A stretch of 64,000 nt of DNA from Paramecium tetraurelia. Its lineage: Eukaryota. The notes beneath the pieces are model-generated. The model saw nothing but the letters and a program-made list of their open reading frames with translations, made no database searches and was not told where the DNA came from. Made by a program: the position numbers and the translations under genes. The DNA is taken from assembly GCA_000165425.1 (NCBI GenBank), contig CT868666.1, positions 248,001-312,000 on the forward strand. Reading direction: 5' to 3'. Below are positions 13,001 to 26,061 of the stretch, piece by piece; position 1 is the stretch's first letter, and every line of letters starts with the position of its first letter.

Positions 13001-13814
13001 ATGATTGGTGTTGAACTTTTGGTGATCCCTTTGGATGGAGATACATTTTAACACTAAAGCCAGAACAAGTCTAAGAGTCTATCTAAATTTGATTTAGCCT
13101 AAAAAGAGGCTAACATCGTTTGTCTATGCATTTGTTGCTATTATACCTTTAAACTTATTTTCACATTGGTATATCATAAAGAAATTCAAGACAAATCACA
13201 AGAACATTTTATAATCATTAATTTTTTCTATGATGTTATTGCATTTATATTATATGCAATATTACAGTATGTTATATAAATTTATTAGTGCTCTGACCGA
13301 TGATTTGAAATACTCTGAAATTAGTGACTATGACTAATAGATCAATTTATTTGAGTTGAATCATTGCCTAACTTTCTTTACCATTTAGGAACTTGTCTCT
13401 CTATTTAAACCACTTAATGGATGCATGATAATTTACACGCTGCAACAAAAGTCGTTTTCGAAATATATAGTCGTTTTGAAATTACTTCATTATTTTAACA
13501 CCTATTAAGCTCTCAACAATTGCCATCTCTTATTCGTTAGAACTAACCCCCTTTTACAACTTCAAATTGTATTACTAATCTTGAGTTGGATAATTTAAAT
13601 TATAATAATTGTTGTGCTTTTACTTGTTTATTTTATATATTCAATCAAAAAAAAAGAATTCCATTTTCACTACAAAGGGAAAATCATAGGAAAAATGTTA
13701 TTTATGATTAAAGAAATGTCCTACAAAGAAAAATTTTAAAACATTTAAGATAACTTAGTAACGTGGTATTTATCGGTATATAATCAGCCCTATTTGTTAT
13801 CAAGAGATTAATGA
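13001..13814 (+). CDS. Hypothetical multi-pass membrane protein
   Basis: Code-6 frame of ~260 codons after removing one gtatg..ttag intron; hydrophobic segments such as LQIVLLILSWIIQIIIIVVLLLVYFIY. Confidence 0.5.
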
Positions 13815-13953
13815 AAACGATACTATAATCTAGTTACCCTGTCATTTGAATCATTTTTTCCATTCCAAGTGCTGCATGTAATGGTTACTGAAAGATCCTC
13901 GTTGCCCCCTCTGTCGACATGAGTTAGATTCCAATATTTCGAATAATCTATAC

Positions 13954-15490
13954 TCAAATTTCTTATGATATTTATATTATCTTATATGATTAATCACTTA
14001 GAAAAATATATTTTATGTATTTCAGAAATTTATTCCTAAATATCTTCGGCATTAGCATATTTAAAAAATCTAATTTCTATATCGTTCAACCTTATGTTAT
14101 CTGTTCCAACAACTTTCTTAACAGTTTAAAAATGAATTTCCTTATTATTCATTACTTAGTTCAAAATTATAGCCATGAGTACTTAAAATTAAATTTTAGA
14201 TAGTTCCCATTTTTCTTGGGGATCCTAGCAATTTTAAGCATTTTTCTAATAAAATCGATACACATTTAAAACATAACTTCTAAAGGCTAATTTTATATCA
14301 TTAAAGTCCTCCTCGAAAATTTCCTAAATTCAATAATTATAATCCATTACCATTTGAAAGTGTTTTCCAGTATCTTTCTTTACCTTAGTAGAACCTTTGA
14401 TGGCTTCTATATCATGTGCATTGAAAAATTACCTTTCACAATAAACCTTATCCTTTAAAATCTTTCTCAATTGGCAAAAAGATTCGCTAGAAAATTGGGC
14501 TGACAATAATCTTTGAAACTGACACATTACTATCAAGATTGTTTTATCAACAATAAATTTTAACTAATCCAAGTATATCGATATTTCTTAAACCTTATAC
14601 TTTTCGTCAATTATTTATTTTAAATTTGTCAAAATGTAAATCCTATATAATTCATCATGTAACTAATCCCAAATGATCTAGTCTTTATTTATTTATTTGT
14701 TATAATATAATAGGTAACTCATATCCTCTTGAATTTTGAACTAATCCGATTTTAGTTAATCAGATATATCAATTGTTGAACAAGCTAATGATTCTCTATC
14801 TTCTATGATTTAATCAACACTTTTACAACAATTTTAATACTTATTTATGTAAAATTTATAAGCATCCTCAGACATATTATTTTTAAAATCTTCTGCTACT
14901 TCCCACAATTAAATCCTTTCATTCTCTGGACTTAACATTCGACTAGTTAATTATTTTAATGATTGTGATATTGGAGGAGAAATCAAAGCATCTATGTAGT
15001 TTTTTTTAACATTTGTCGAGCATGTTATCAAACAGTAAGCTATCTCTCCTAAAAGTAGAGTATCCAAATTATGATTATACTTTATTAGTGTTTCACAAAT
15101 CTCAGGATATAAACCGAAATTCATCATAGTAATATTAGTTCCATCCCAAGTTATATTGTAAATACTAAAACATCTCCCTGGGATCCTAAACTTGTAGAGA
15201 GTAGCTAATCCTTCAAGAATTTAAACCAAGATAGTCTCAATGATTTTTTCTGGAATCGAGTTACTCATTTAAATAAATTATTCTAACGTCTACCCCCTTG
15301 GATGTTTCACAAGAAAGGTTTAATCATCGATTTATTTGACAACTTCTCTAAAATATTTTCCTTCCATCATTAAGTCATTAACTAAATATTCATTTATTAA
15401 TTTAGCTTTGTAGCTGATAAGTTTTTCATTATCCATAGAAACGAATTAAATATTATACCCCTCACATCTTAAATTTAATTGTTCTTACAT
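13954..15490 (-). CDS. Protein kinase-like fold protein, probable pseudokinase
   Basis: IPEKIIETILVQILEGLATLY, catalytic loop GRCFSIYN, DFG replaced by NFG, DTLLLG, RMLSPENERI; 3' end approximate. Confidence 0.7.
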
Positions 15491-17647
15491 AAATTATTAT
15501 ATTTTATTTTTCCAAATTTATGAATTTTAAACTCCTGAAAATTCAAGATTTTAATTCAAAATTCTATTTGGTTTTTTTTTTTATTTGTAAAGATATTAAG
15601 CAAAGAATGCTTTAGATTGAAGAAATAGCACTTATTTAGAAGAATACTCAATGAAATAAAATTTGTTTTTGGGCTCTTTCAAAAAGAAATCAATAGATTC
15701 GGGATCTAATTTTATTATTAACCATAAAATTGATTAAATTATTGCTTATTAATAAATTAAATTATTCGATAACCTATTGATTATGTTAGAATAAACAACC
15801 TTTGTCATAATATCTTCCATATTTCAAATATTCATTTTGTCTTTTTTAGTGCAAGAGCTCTATTTCATTTGAAGAAAATCTTATTTGCTACCTAAGTTTA
15901 TATAATTAATGTGACTCTATATGGTACTCAATTGAACATGTTCCTAAAAAATTTCAAATCATATTAAGATTCAAAATATAGGTAATGTACCGTGCTACTA
16001 ATTAATTAAAAATATACTTTTGACTTGCTTGAAACTTATAAATATCCATATTATTTGCATTTTAATCTGTTTTAAAAACTAGTTGTTCAAAAACTCTCTA
16101 AAATTTGAACATCACCACTTTATACTTTTATTGAGATTTTTTTTATGAAATATTCTAATTGAATGCAAAAATGTTAAAGTCAAAAGGTGTAATATTATAA
16201 ATAAATCAATTTCTATGCTAAACTTTATTATTTACTTACATTCCTTTTTCAAAGTATATAAAAATGTATCATAGATTTATTATTAATATTACTCTAATTC
16301 TTATTGACAAATATTTTATTTGATTAAGGCGAAAATTGAAATCGACCAAACTATCAAACACATATTTAAGTTAAAAATTCTAAGGTATTTTGCTATAAAT
16401 AAGAATATAAATAGAAAAATAATTTTAAAATATTTGAAAGTTTTATAATAAATGGAATTATGGAATTCTATTATAAAAAAAAGTTGGATTTACTTATTGG
16501 TTTTAGCAAGTATCCTTTCTATTTCATTATATTATTAGTAAAATTGTCCTTTTGTAAATGTAAATATGAGTATTTTAATAAATGTGCTAAATTACTTTGA
16601 TTCCCTTGCTTATATTATAAAATGAAAATAAACTTATGCCTTGGGATAATCCTTTAAAATTATGAATTTATTAACTTAATAATTTTAGAGCTGGTTATAA
16701 TCATATTTAAAGGTATCAATAAGTTTACTCTTAATTTTTAAATTTGTAAGAAATTATTTTATATGTAAATAAAAAATAAATTAAAGTAAATAAGAGGTAG
16801 AAATATAATTTTTCCAAAAGAGTTAAATTGATACAATACTAAATGTTTTATGAGTAAATTTATGTTTAATTACCTTAGAAACTGTTAAAATAAAGATTCC
16901 ATAGTAGAAAGTTTGGAGATGGAAAAAATCAAATTAATTAACCGATAAAAAATATAAACTTAACAACGAGTGCTTGCTATAGAAATCCATTCATTATTTA
17001 AGAATTACTCAATTTCATCAATTTTACTATAAGTCTAATTGATTTCTTGAGTTTTTGTATATTTAAATTATTGTTATCTGACTTTCCCCCTAAAATATAT
17101 TAAACTTCAAACATTCATTCCCTAAATGGAGAAACTTTCTTTTCAAAGACCAAATATAAAAATTCACTTAAATTGGAGAAATTAAGTCACTATACTTATA
17201 TATTACTTAAAGTTATGAATAATATTAAATATATTTATGTATGAACAACTTTGAATTTAAATTTAGAGTAATTTACCATTACATGCATTATTATTATTTT
17301 TCTTAGTAATCTCTATTTTTTTTAAATATTGGAATTTTCAAATCAAAGGTTGCGAATTGTTTTTTCACTCGCCTAACCCAAATCAACTCAATCTTTATGA
17401 TGTATTCTACAAAATTATATTGAGATTATTTTATCTAAGAATGATGGCAGATTACCCGAATACAAGAAATGTACATAAAATTTATTAATCACAGAATTAA
17501 TCAAAATAAAATTTAAAAAAAATGAATATTAATTGAAAATACGTATTATATTCTGTAAGTGCTTAAATATCTGATTTAATATTAATTCAATATAAAAAAA
17601 TCGTTTTTTAACTATTGCTGTGAACCGATAAGGAATCATTAAAATTT

Positions 17648-19736
17648 ATGAAAAACCTATCCATTTTGTTATTATTTTTCGTCTACTGCTCTGTTAGTGT
17701 CTTAGGAGAGCCAATGTTAGTCTCCTAGTCATTTTAAGGAAACGATTTTACAGATGCTGACGGTAATTTCAGTAAGTAAAATGATAGGTTGGGTGGTAGC
17801 TGGTGGACTACCTCATATAACAGAATGTAGTGGAACCAAAATGTTTGGAGGTTTCGGTAAACTTGGTGGGAAAGCTGTTGCAAGCAAATTATTTGAACTA
17901 CCTCCTCATTCTTCAATTAATTTGAAAGTATAATTCTGGAAGTAATATTCTTATGTATTATAATTTTAGGATTGATTCATGGGATAATGAAGAAGGATAC
18001 ATTTTTGTTGATGATTAACTTGTCTGGTCAAGAAAATTTAAATTTAACGAAGGTGATGGATAGAAGTGCGGATAAGGTGGAGAGTGGAAAGAAATGATAC
18101 TCAATCTTGATCTAAACGTAAAACACACTGGTGCAACCGCTGTGGTTGTATTTACATCAAATTTGAATGAAGCTGCTGATAATGTATCTTTTTGATATTA
18201 GGAAATAGGAATCTTGGGGCATAAGAGAATTTGTATTGTCAGTAGAAAGATGTCCAGAGGGTTGCTCGGCTTGCTAAGTTGATGACAAGCGTGAAAATTG
18301 TGAATTCTGGTAATCATTTTCTTCCAGTTGGGGATCATTAGATTCTAACTAATTAGGAGCCGATGGTTGGGAAGTTGCAGGTGGATAAAAAACAGCTACT
18401 AATTGTGGAGGTATAATTTTTAAATAATTTTAAAAAAGGTGTCGCTTTATTTGGTGGCTTTGATAAGACTGGAGCTAGAGCTGTTGTAAGTAAAATTCTA
18501 AAAGTTAACCCTCATTACAAATTAAAAATTAAAGTGCTTTGGGCTAAGATTGACTCTTGGGACAATTAAGCAGCTTAAATAAAAGTTGATGGAAAATTGG
18601 TTTGGGAAAGAAGATTCTAATGGCATGAGGGTTATTTTGGTAAGATATGTGGTTGTCCTATCTTTGAATGGAAATCAATGTTTGCCAGAACTGAGGTTGA
18701 TGTTGATCACACTGGTGATTAAGCAAAAGTTGAGTTCACTACAACCTTAAACGAGGCTCCAAACAATGAATCATTTGGCTTGAGAGATCTATACATCTTC
18801 TATGCTGCCTGCTCTGAAAACTGTGCTGAATGTACAGGACCTAAAGAATCTGATTGCAAGAGTATTATCATTTTTTATGTAAATTTAGAATGTGAAAATA
18901 ATTGGGCTTTGGTTGGCGGAAAATGCTAAGCATTACCAAATTTCATACTTTTAGAATAATCATTTTTGGAAGATAAGTTCACAGGAATCAACGGATGGGT
19001 TCTTAATAAAAATAAAGGAGGAAAACAAATTAATGAATGCAGTGGTAAATCTATGGTTGGAGGTTTTGATATTATGGGTGTTGGTGCTAGTGCTACTAAA
19101 ACATTTGATATCCCCCCACACAAAAGACTCAGACTCTAATCTACAATCTACAAAATCGATTCTTGGGATGGAGAATTCATGATAATTAAAGTTGATGGCA
19201 CTGAAGTATGGAAAACTTCATGGAATCTCTAAACTGGAGGTGCCAATTTCTGTGGACAAGGAGTTTGGTTTGATGGTATTACTGGAGTAGATTAAATCTT
19301 CAATCACTAAGCTCCAAAGGCAGAAGTGATATTTACATCCACCTTAAATTAAGATGCTGCTGATGGTAATAAAAATATAATATCTTGTAGAATCTTGGGG
19401 TTTCAGAGATTTCAAATTATGGTATGAACCAAAGGAATCCTGCGCAGTTTTCTATAGTGAATGTGATTACAAAGGAGCATCATTTGAATTCTGTTCAAAG
19501 TCACCTGATTTCTCAAAGGATAACATTCCCCCATAGATTAGATCAATTAAAATTCCCCCTCAAGGAAGAGTCACATTATATGAAAGTACTGATTACAATG
19601 GAAAGAAGGTTACTTACACCTCAGATCAAGCTTGCATTTCAAGCTTTGATGTAACAATTTAATTTCATCACTTTAGTTTTCATTGATTTAGAAGAGCGGT
19701 AATGTTGAAGGAGGCTGGATCGAAGTTGAATAATGA
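17648..19736 (+). CDS. Secreted protein with three KIDSWD domains, furin-like Cys linkers and C-terminal beta/gamma-crystallin domain (PCM/Igr1-like)
   Basis: Signal peptide; three copies of FGGF...PPH...KIDSWD...ESWG/ESFG; CPEGCSAC and CSENCAECTGP linkers; CAVFYSECDYKG...IRSIKIP...LYESTDYNG. Confidence 0.8.
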
Positions 19737-20253
19737 TTGAATACATTTACATAGAACAAATATAAAAATTAATCACAAAAAATATATTAGTATTAAAATA
19801 AAGTATTTTGAATTAATATCATCATCTATATTAATTGAATGTGTTTGTCGGTTAATGGGTTTTGATAATAATTTCAATTAAAAAAAATATGAATTGTATT
19901 TTTAATTCACTCTCCATAATTGTTTGAAGTTTCTTTGAGTTTCATGTTTGATCGATTATGAGTGTTAACTAAATTAAATTTTTAAGTGAGAAAGCCATCC
20001 TTTCAGCTCCCCGATATTTGTTGTGATATTAATTCAAAAATAACTTAGTTTGATAATTTAAGAGTGATTATGATGACCTGTTTAGAAGATTCATCTAATA
20101 GAAGGTTTCCCCATCATAGTAATCATACTAATTAGCCTATAATAAGGCGGATATCGATATGAATCAGGAACACAGAAACAGTGCTTCTTGTAATACTTAT
20201 TATAATACATCATTACTTATATTACATTAAAATAAATATATAATTATTATAAA

Positions 20254-21047
20254 ATGCAAGCAAATCCAGCTCTACATACTCCAGCAAAGAAGAATTGTAC
20301 ATTCGAAGTTGCAGGAAGACCTGATGGCGAAGGGTATATTACTTATAAATTCATACTTACGCAGATATTTAAGCCAGAACAATGCTATGTTTGGAATTAT
20401 TGTGATATAAGAATGGTGGGGTTTGAATGAATCGATGGTGAAAACAACTGATAAGATAGCCAAAATGGGATTTTAATGCATCTCTCCAGATATTTATAGA
20501 GGAAAAGTTGCCCAGAATAGAGAAGTAATGTGAACCATTTTTTATCATAGGAAGCTGGTCATCTTTTAGGTGGATTAGATTGGGAAGGAGCAGTCAAAGA
20601 CATTGAAGGTGCAGCAAAACATTTGAGAGAGATGGGATGTAAAAAGGTTGGAGTAACAGGATTTTGTATGGGCGGAGCTTTAGCCATTGCAGCTTTATCT
20701 TTTTCAGATTAAATCAATGCTGCTGCTCCATTTTATGGTGTCTGTGATTTGAATACATTCAAATTAGATAACATAAAGGGACCAATTTATGGGTAGTTTG
20801 GGGAGAAGGATGAAATGAAAGGATTCTCCTCTCCAGATGATGCTTAAAGATTAGTTGATGCAGGGTAAAAGGCTGGAAAAAATATAAAAGTGAAGTAAGT
20901 AAAATGTTTAATTAAAGAATTTGGCCAGGTGTTGGACATGCTTTTATGAATTAAGACAGGCCTGAAGCATTTAATGCTGAGGTAGCTTAATAAGCATTAT
21001 AGGAAGTGGCTACATGGTTTAAATAAGTATTTTCATAGTAATTGTGA
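20254..21047 (+). CDS. Dienelactone hydrolase family protein, copy 1 (3 introns)
   Basis: QEWWGLN, PDIYRG, nucleophile motif GFCMGG, PFYG, GHAFMN. Confidence 0.93.
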
Positions 21048-21072
21048 AATTTATTATAAAAATATTTTATAT

Positions 21073-21789
21073 ATGCAAAGATCCATTTTTAAGTCAAGAT
21101 TCTTGTATTCCTTAGTTTATCAGAAAGCAACTCCTACAACAACAATTGGTGGAAAACTTCCTGTTTATGTTACACCTGCTCCTTATGGTTTGGTTATAAT
21201 CTAGGAATGGTGGGGACTAAACTCTTCCATTTGTAAAACAGCTGATATCATGAGTACTTATGGGTTTAAGTGCGTTGTACCTGATTTGTATAGAGGGAAA
21301 ATTGCTAAGGATACTGAAGAAGCAGGACATCTACTTTCTGGATTAGATTGGAAATAAGCTTTAATTGATATAGAAGAATCAGCTCGTTATTTAAAGGAAG
21401 ATTTGCATTGCAAGAAAGTAGGAATTTTAGGATTCTGTATGGGTGGAGCACTTAGCATAGCATCAATTACAACCTCTAAAATCATCTCTGCTGCTGCACC
21501 ATTTTATGGAGTCTGCGATTTAAGCACATTCAAATTATCTAATGCGAATGGACCTATTCTCGCTTAATTTGGTCAAAATGATGATATGGTAGGATTTTCA
21601 TCAGTCTAAGATGCCAAAAGATTAGAATCAACAGCAGTGTAGTAAGGAAATAAAAGTTTGCAAGTGAAAATCTGGCCTGGAGTTGGACATGCTTTTTGTA
21701 ACTAAGATAGACCAGAGGTTTATAATTAAACCATAGCTAAATAAGCTTTAGATTTAGCAGCAAAGTTTTTACATGAAAATTTAAAATGA
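21073..21789 (+). CDS. Dienelactone hydrolase family protein, copy 2 (intronless, presequence-like N-terminus)
   Basis: MQRSIFKSRFLYSL; QEWWGLN, PDLYRG, GFCMGG, PFYG, GHAFCN; uninterrupted frame. Confidence 0.93.
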
Positions 21790-22196
21790 TTCATAAAAAT
21801 ATTCTATTATTTAATGTACATAATCTAAGCGATAAGAATATATCCTAAAATTACCGCAATTTTTTAAATCAATATGCCTTGCTTCTTTCAAAATCCAACT
21901 TTATTTACATAGATATTTTTTTTTATGATAATTACAATAATAATAAATTATCAATTCTCATGAGATCTTCTATATTTAAAAAAAATTGGAAAATATAAAA
22001 AGTTAGAAAATTTATTGATTTTTTCCAATCCTTCTTTTAATTGTCCATTTTGAAATTTTGATAGTGAGATTAAGAGATCAATTGATGATTCCCTAAATAA
22101 ATTATAAGCCTAAAAGCTTTAGTTTATATTAGAAAAAATATTTATTAATTAAGATTATTAAGATTCAGATATTATAAAATACGAACAATAAAGATA

Positions 22197-24247
22197 TCAA
22201 TCAAAAACTATATGTTTTTTGTAATCATCTATTACATCAAGTACAAACTATAACTTTTAAGGTTCATCTTGCATCACTATTTTCATTGCCTAAATTATTA
22301 AATATTATATGTACTTATTAAAATTCGAAGTAAGGTTATTCTCTTATTCTTAATCTTTTATGTAGTACCTCAATATCAGTTCTTTTATAAAAGTGAAGTC
22401 CATAGAGAATTAAGTTGAGTTTACATCTTAGATTTTACCCAATAGGTGATTCATTATCCTTATTTATTTATACTTTTTACTTCAAAAACTTTGTATAATA
22501 AAGGTCTTTACATAATCTCATTTTCAAGTTTAGATGCAATTCTATTGACAACAAACTATCCACCAAGTTATTTAATAGCAGTTTTTCTAGGTTTATTCAA
22601 AAGAATAGGGGTGATTTCTTCCCAATCTTCTTCAAAATCGCTTAATAAAATCGGATCGTTAGTAATTTTGCTTACCGCTTGCAAGGCCTTCTCTTTGAAT
22701 TTTTTGAAGACTTTCTCTGAAATAATAGTTTTATTCTTATGAATACTCTCAATATCACTATCAGTAATTGACTTGACGTTATCTCTAAAGAAATAATGGA
22801 AAACATTTTCACAATGGGCAGTAAATCTCTATTTGCCCCTTTTTTAAACTAAATCAAAAAGTATTGGTTCACTTGAGCACAGGCGAACAAAGCCTTCAAT
22901 GAATTCTCTGTACCCTCCTGGAGAATTGTTAATGCATTCTTATAATGATGATTTATTTAATATCGCAAACTTGTAGGTGTCCATTTTCCTCAGTAACATT
23001 CGGATATGTTTGTATCTGATTCCTAATTTTTGTAGTGTAGTAGATAGATAAAACTTAAAATTTGCCAATTACACATGTGTAAGCTTGTATTTAACATGTC
23101 TTTCTCTCAACACTTCTAGTGTATAATTTGGTGATTCAGTATGATCTATTAATTAAGCAAATAGTTTCGCAAATTTAATTGCCTATTCTTCTAGCTCTAT
23201 AGCCTTGAAATAAGGACTTAGGGTATAATCTTTAAAAATCTTCTCATACATATTTTTAGCAATTTCGTTAATTCCAAACTCTCCCCCAAATATCTCAAAA
23301 TCACTTTTTTAATTTAATATTAATGGTTTAAAATTTTCTAATTTATAACATCCTTTAAATAACAATTCAACTGGAGTCTCCATGTCCATAAATTGATTTA
23401 TAAACAGATATTTAAATCTAATAAATTATTCCTTCCTTATAAACAATGGTGCGTGGATGCTTCTCATTCTAAATGGGTCGAGCAAGATCTCTTAAGTGTA
23501 TCCAATTCCTAAAATGCTCTTGTAAATATCCTTCAAGTATTTTAGTGATTTTCCCTAGAATTTCATTTTTAATTATCTATCTAGCATAATGCGTGAATAA
23601 AGTGTTTCTGAATGTTAATCAAGCAATTCGTTACTCCCATATTACTTTATCTGAGTTTTTATTATCTTCCGAAATTTGGTTTCAAAGAATTTGCTGATAA
23701 TTTCAGTCTAAGTCATTGGTTACTGTTTTAAGTCTCTATGGGTTGGATGTATTCTTGGCCTTTTTAACTGCTCTAATTAATCTTGTACATTTCTTAACCC
23801 AATATAATTGGATGCCTTTGTTTTTGGTTGTATGGGAATAAACTTAAAATGGACAGGGGTATTTGGAAGCACGATGACTTGGGAATCGCTTATCATTGGT
23901 AAATGATATGCAGTTTTTGTAGGAGATTACTCATGACTTCGGAAATTCTTTGTTTTATTTATGAAATCTTTCATTGCTATTTGACATTAAGATGTATGCT
24001 TTATTGATAATTCATTCTATGGGTCTTATCGTAAGAGTGTGCTTAACTATTTTTCCCATCTTTGCTTTTTCGAATTAATCGGAGAGCCTTACTATTGAAA
24101 CTATCGACCTTGAAATGATGATTTCAACTCCTCCTTGGTTTGCTACATTTGAATAAAGTCTCTAAATGTCATGCTTTTACTATCCTATTTCATATGTTCA
24201 GTGGGAAATTTAAAAGGACATCTAGGAGATGTTGTAAGATTATGCAT
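22197..24247 (-). CDS. ~667-aa protein with four tandem truncated (2/2, group I-like) globin domains
   Basis: Domain 2 reads FEIFGGEFGINEIAKNMYEKIFKDYTLSPYFKAIELEEQAIKFAKLFAQLIDHTESPNYTLEVLRERHVKYKLT; three more ~115-aa repeats each carry an F-helix His (RSIHAPL, ESIHKNK, EVLHKRL); two 3' introns. Confidence 0.8.
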
Positions 24248-24952
24248 CTTTATTTTAATATTAAAATATATATTGATAATTAAGTATGGGTACAAATATC
24301 AGAATTCTTGTATTCATAACCAATTTTTCATCAATAAATTAAGCAAAAGAAAATACTCACAAATTTAACTATCTAAAATTAACACATAATATTTTAAAAA
24401 GAATTTTAGTTAATTCATATTTATCAAAACACTTAAAAATGTTGTAATTGCTCTAAAGGATATGGGAATAGTACCAAAATTCGATATTTAAATTTTTGAA
24501 AAATTGCAAGATTATGTAACAAAAGTTAATTTAATATATAATTATTAATGCTCATTTTAATATAAAAATTGATAAATTAATTTAACGTTTTCTTTAGGAT
24601 TTAATAATAAAAAAGAGGTGATTTATGCATAATTTTCATTATTTATAAACTTCTTATGTTAAGCTCTCTATTTTCCAATTAATTCCAATGGTATCCTTAA
24701 TTCATAATGGTATAAGATATAATTTATTGAATAAAATATATTAATGCTTCTAATTTTCTTCTTGATAAAATCTCAATTCACAACATTATTATTAGAATAG
24801 GAGCAAACATTGCTTCTCTTATATAATAATAAAGGAATAAAATAAATCAACTAATTTTTTAAAATATTTTTTATTATATATTCCTAATATGTCTCAATAA
24901 AAGAGGATTTGATAGATGCACAATAAAATTATTTAATAATAAATTTAAATAT

Positions 24953-25910
24953 TCAATATATTTATGTACTATCCAAATTTTTTAATGCTCTAGAACTAAA
25001 TATATTGAGATTGATATATACCCATAATAATTGAAAGGCTATTGATTATTTTCACTTTTCAATTTATATGTGTTTGGTGATCCTGCCTAATAAGGATTAT
25101 ACTATGAAGAGAATTGCTAGTTTTATTGGTAACTTTATGGTGGTATTTAATATGTTTAATACTATTGTGGTTATTAATTATGTTATTATTAGTATTATTG
25201 TTTTGGTAATTACGATTACGAGAGTTGTTACTGCTATTATTATACTTATTGCTAAGAAAGTTATTATTATTGTAATTACAATTATTATTATTGTAATTGT
25301 AATTGTTATTATTATTGCTATTGTTATTATTATTGTTATTGCTATTCTTATTAATATTAATAATTTTGTTGCTGTGATGGATATCCATATCCTGTTTGTT
25401 AGTTTTACAATTATGATTACGTCACTTACTGATTTTATACTTGTGTTTGAGTTTATAGCTATTTTTGACTGTCACCACCAACAAGCATATTGCCTACATT
25501 TTAATAATTAACTCTTTATTCATTGGATTATTGCGAATATCGCTGAGGTGCATAATCTTTTTGAATTTGGTTGTGGGGTTCCTTTCGAAAGATATTATCT
25601 TGTCCGAGATACAAAAAATTGTGATTATATCGCTATGGCTCTCTTCCAGATGGACTTGTAATTTAATAATTGATAAGCGGTTTCGTAAAATTTTTGAGAG
25701 GATCAGCCCTAGACGATATAGATTGTAATACACATAACTGTGATTCTTAAGCAATGATTGACTGATGATCTAAGAAGGAGGTTCGATCTTTCTAACTCTA
25801 GGACGTTCATGTAATCGTTGATCATCAGGAAATTGCTAAGGTTGTTTGCGTTTATTTCTTTGGCTAATTTCTTCCTAGAAATTTCGAACGTAGAGCTCTG
25901 GGTCCTGCAT
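24953..25910 (-). CDS. Hypothetical protein with long poly-Q C-terminal region
   Basis: ATG at 25910; Q-rich tract encoded by TAA/TAG/CAA at ~25100-25370; intron positions inferred. Confidence 0.6.
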
Positions 25911-26061
25911 CAAATTAAATAAATCAATATTTTTAATGTTTTTGAAGACATGAATTAATTTAATATTTCCCTTAAAATTTCAATACGATGACAAATTATT
26001 AATGGAGAGACGAGAGAATAAACTAATCAAATGTTGTAAATGCAAAAATTAATGAGATAAT

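Noticed and set aside
25059..25511. Poly-N and poly-I/V ORFs in the track
   Set aside because: Alternative frames of a TAA/CAA-rich poly-Q exon
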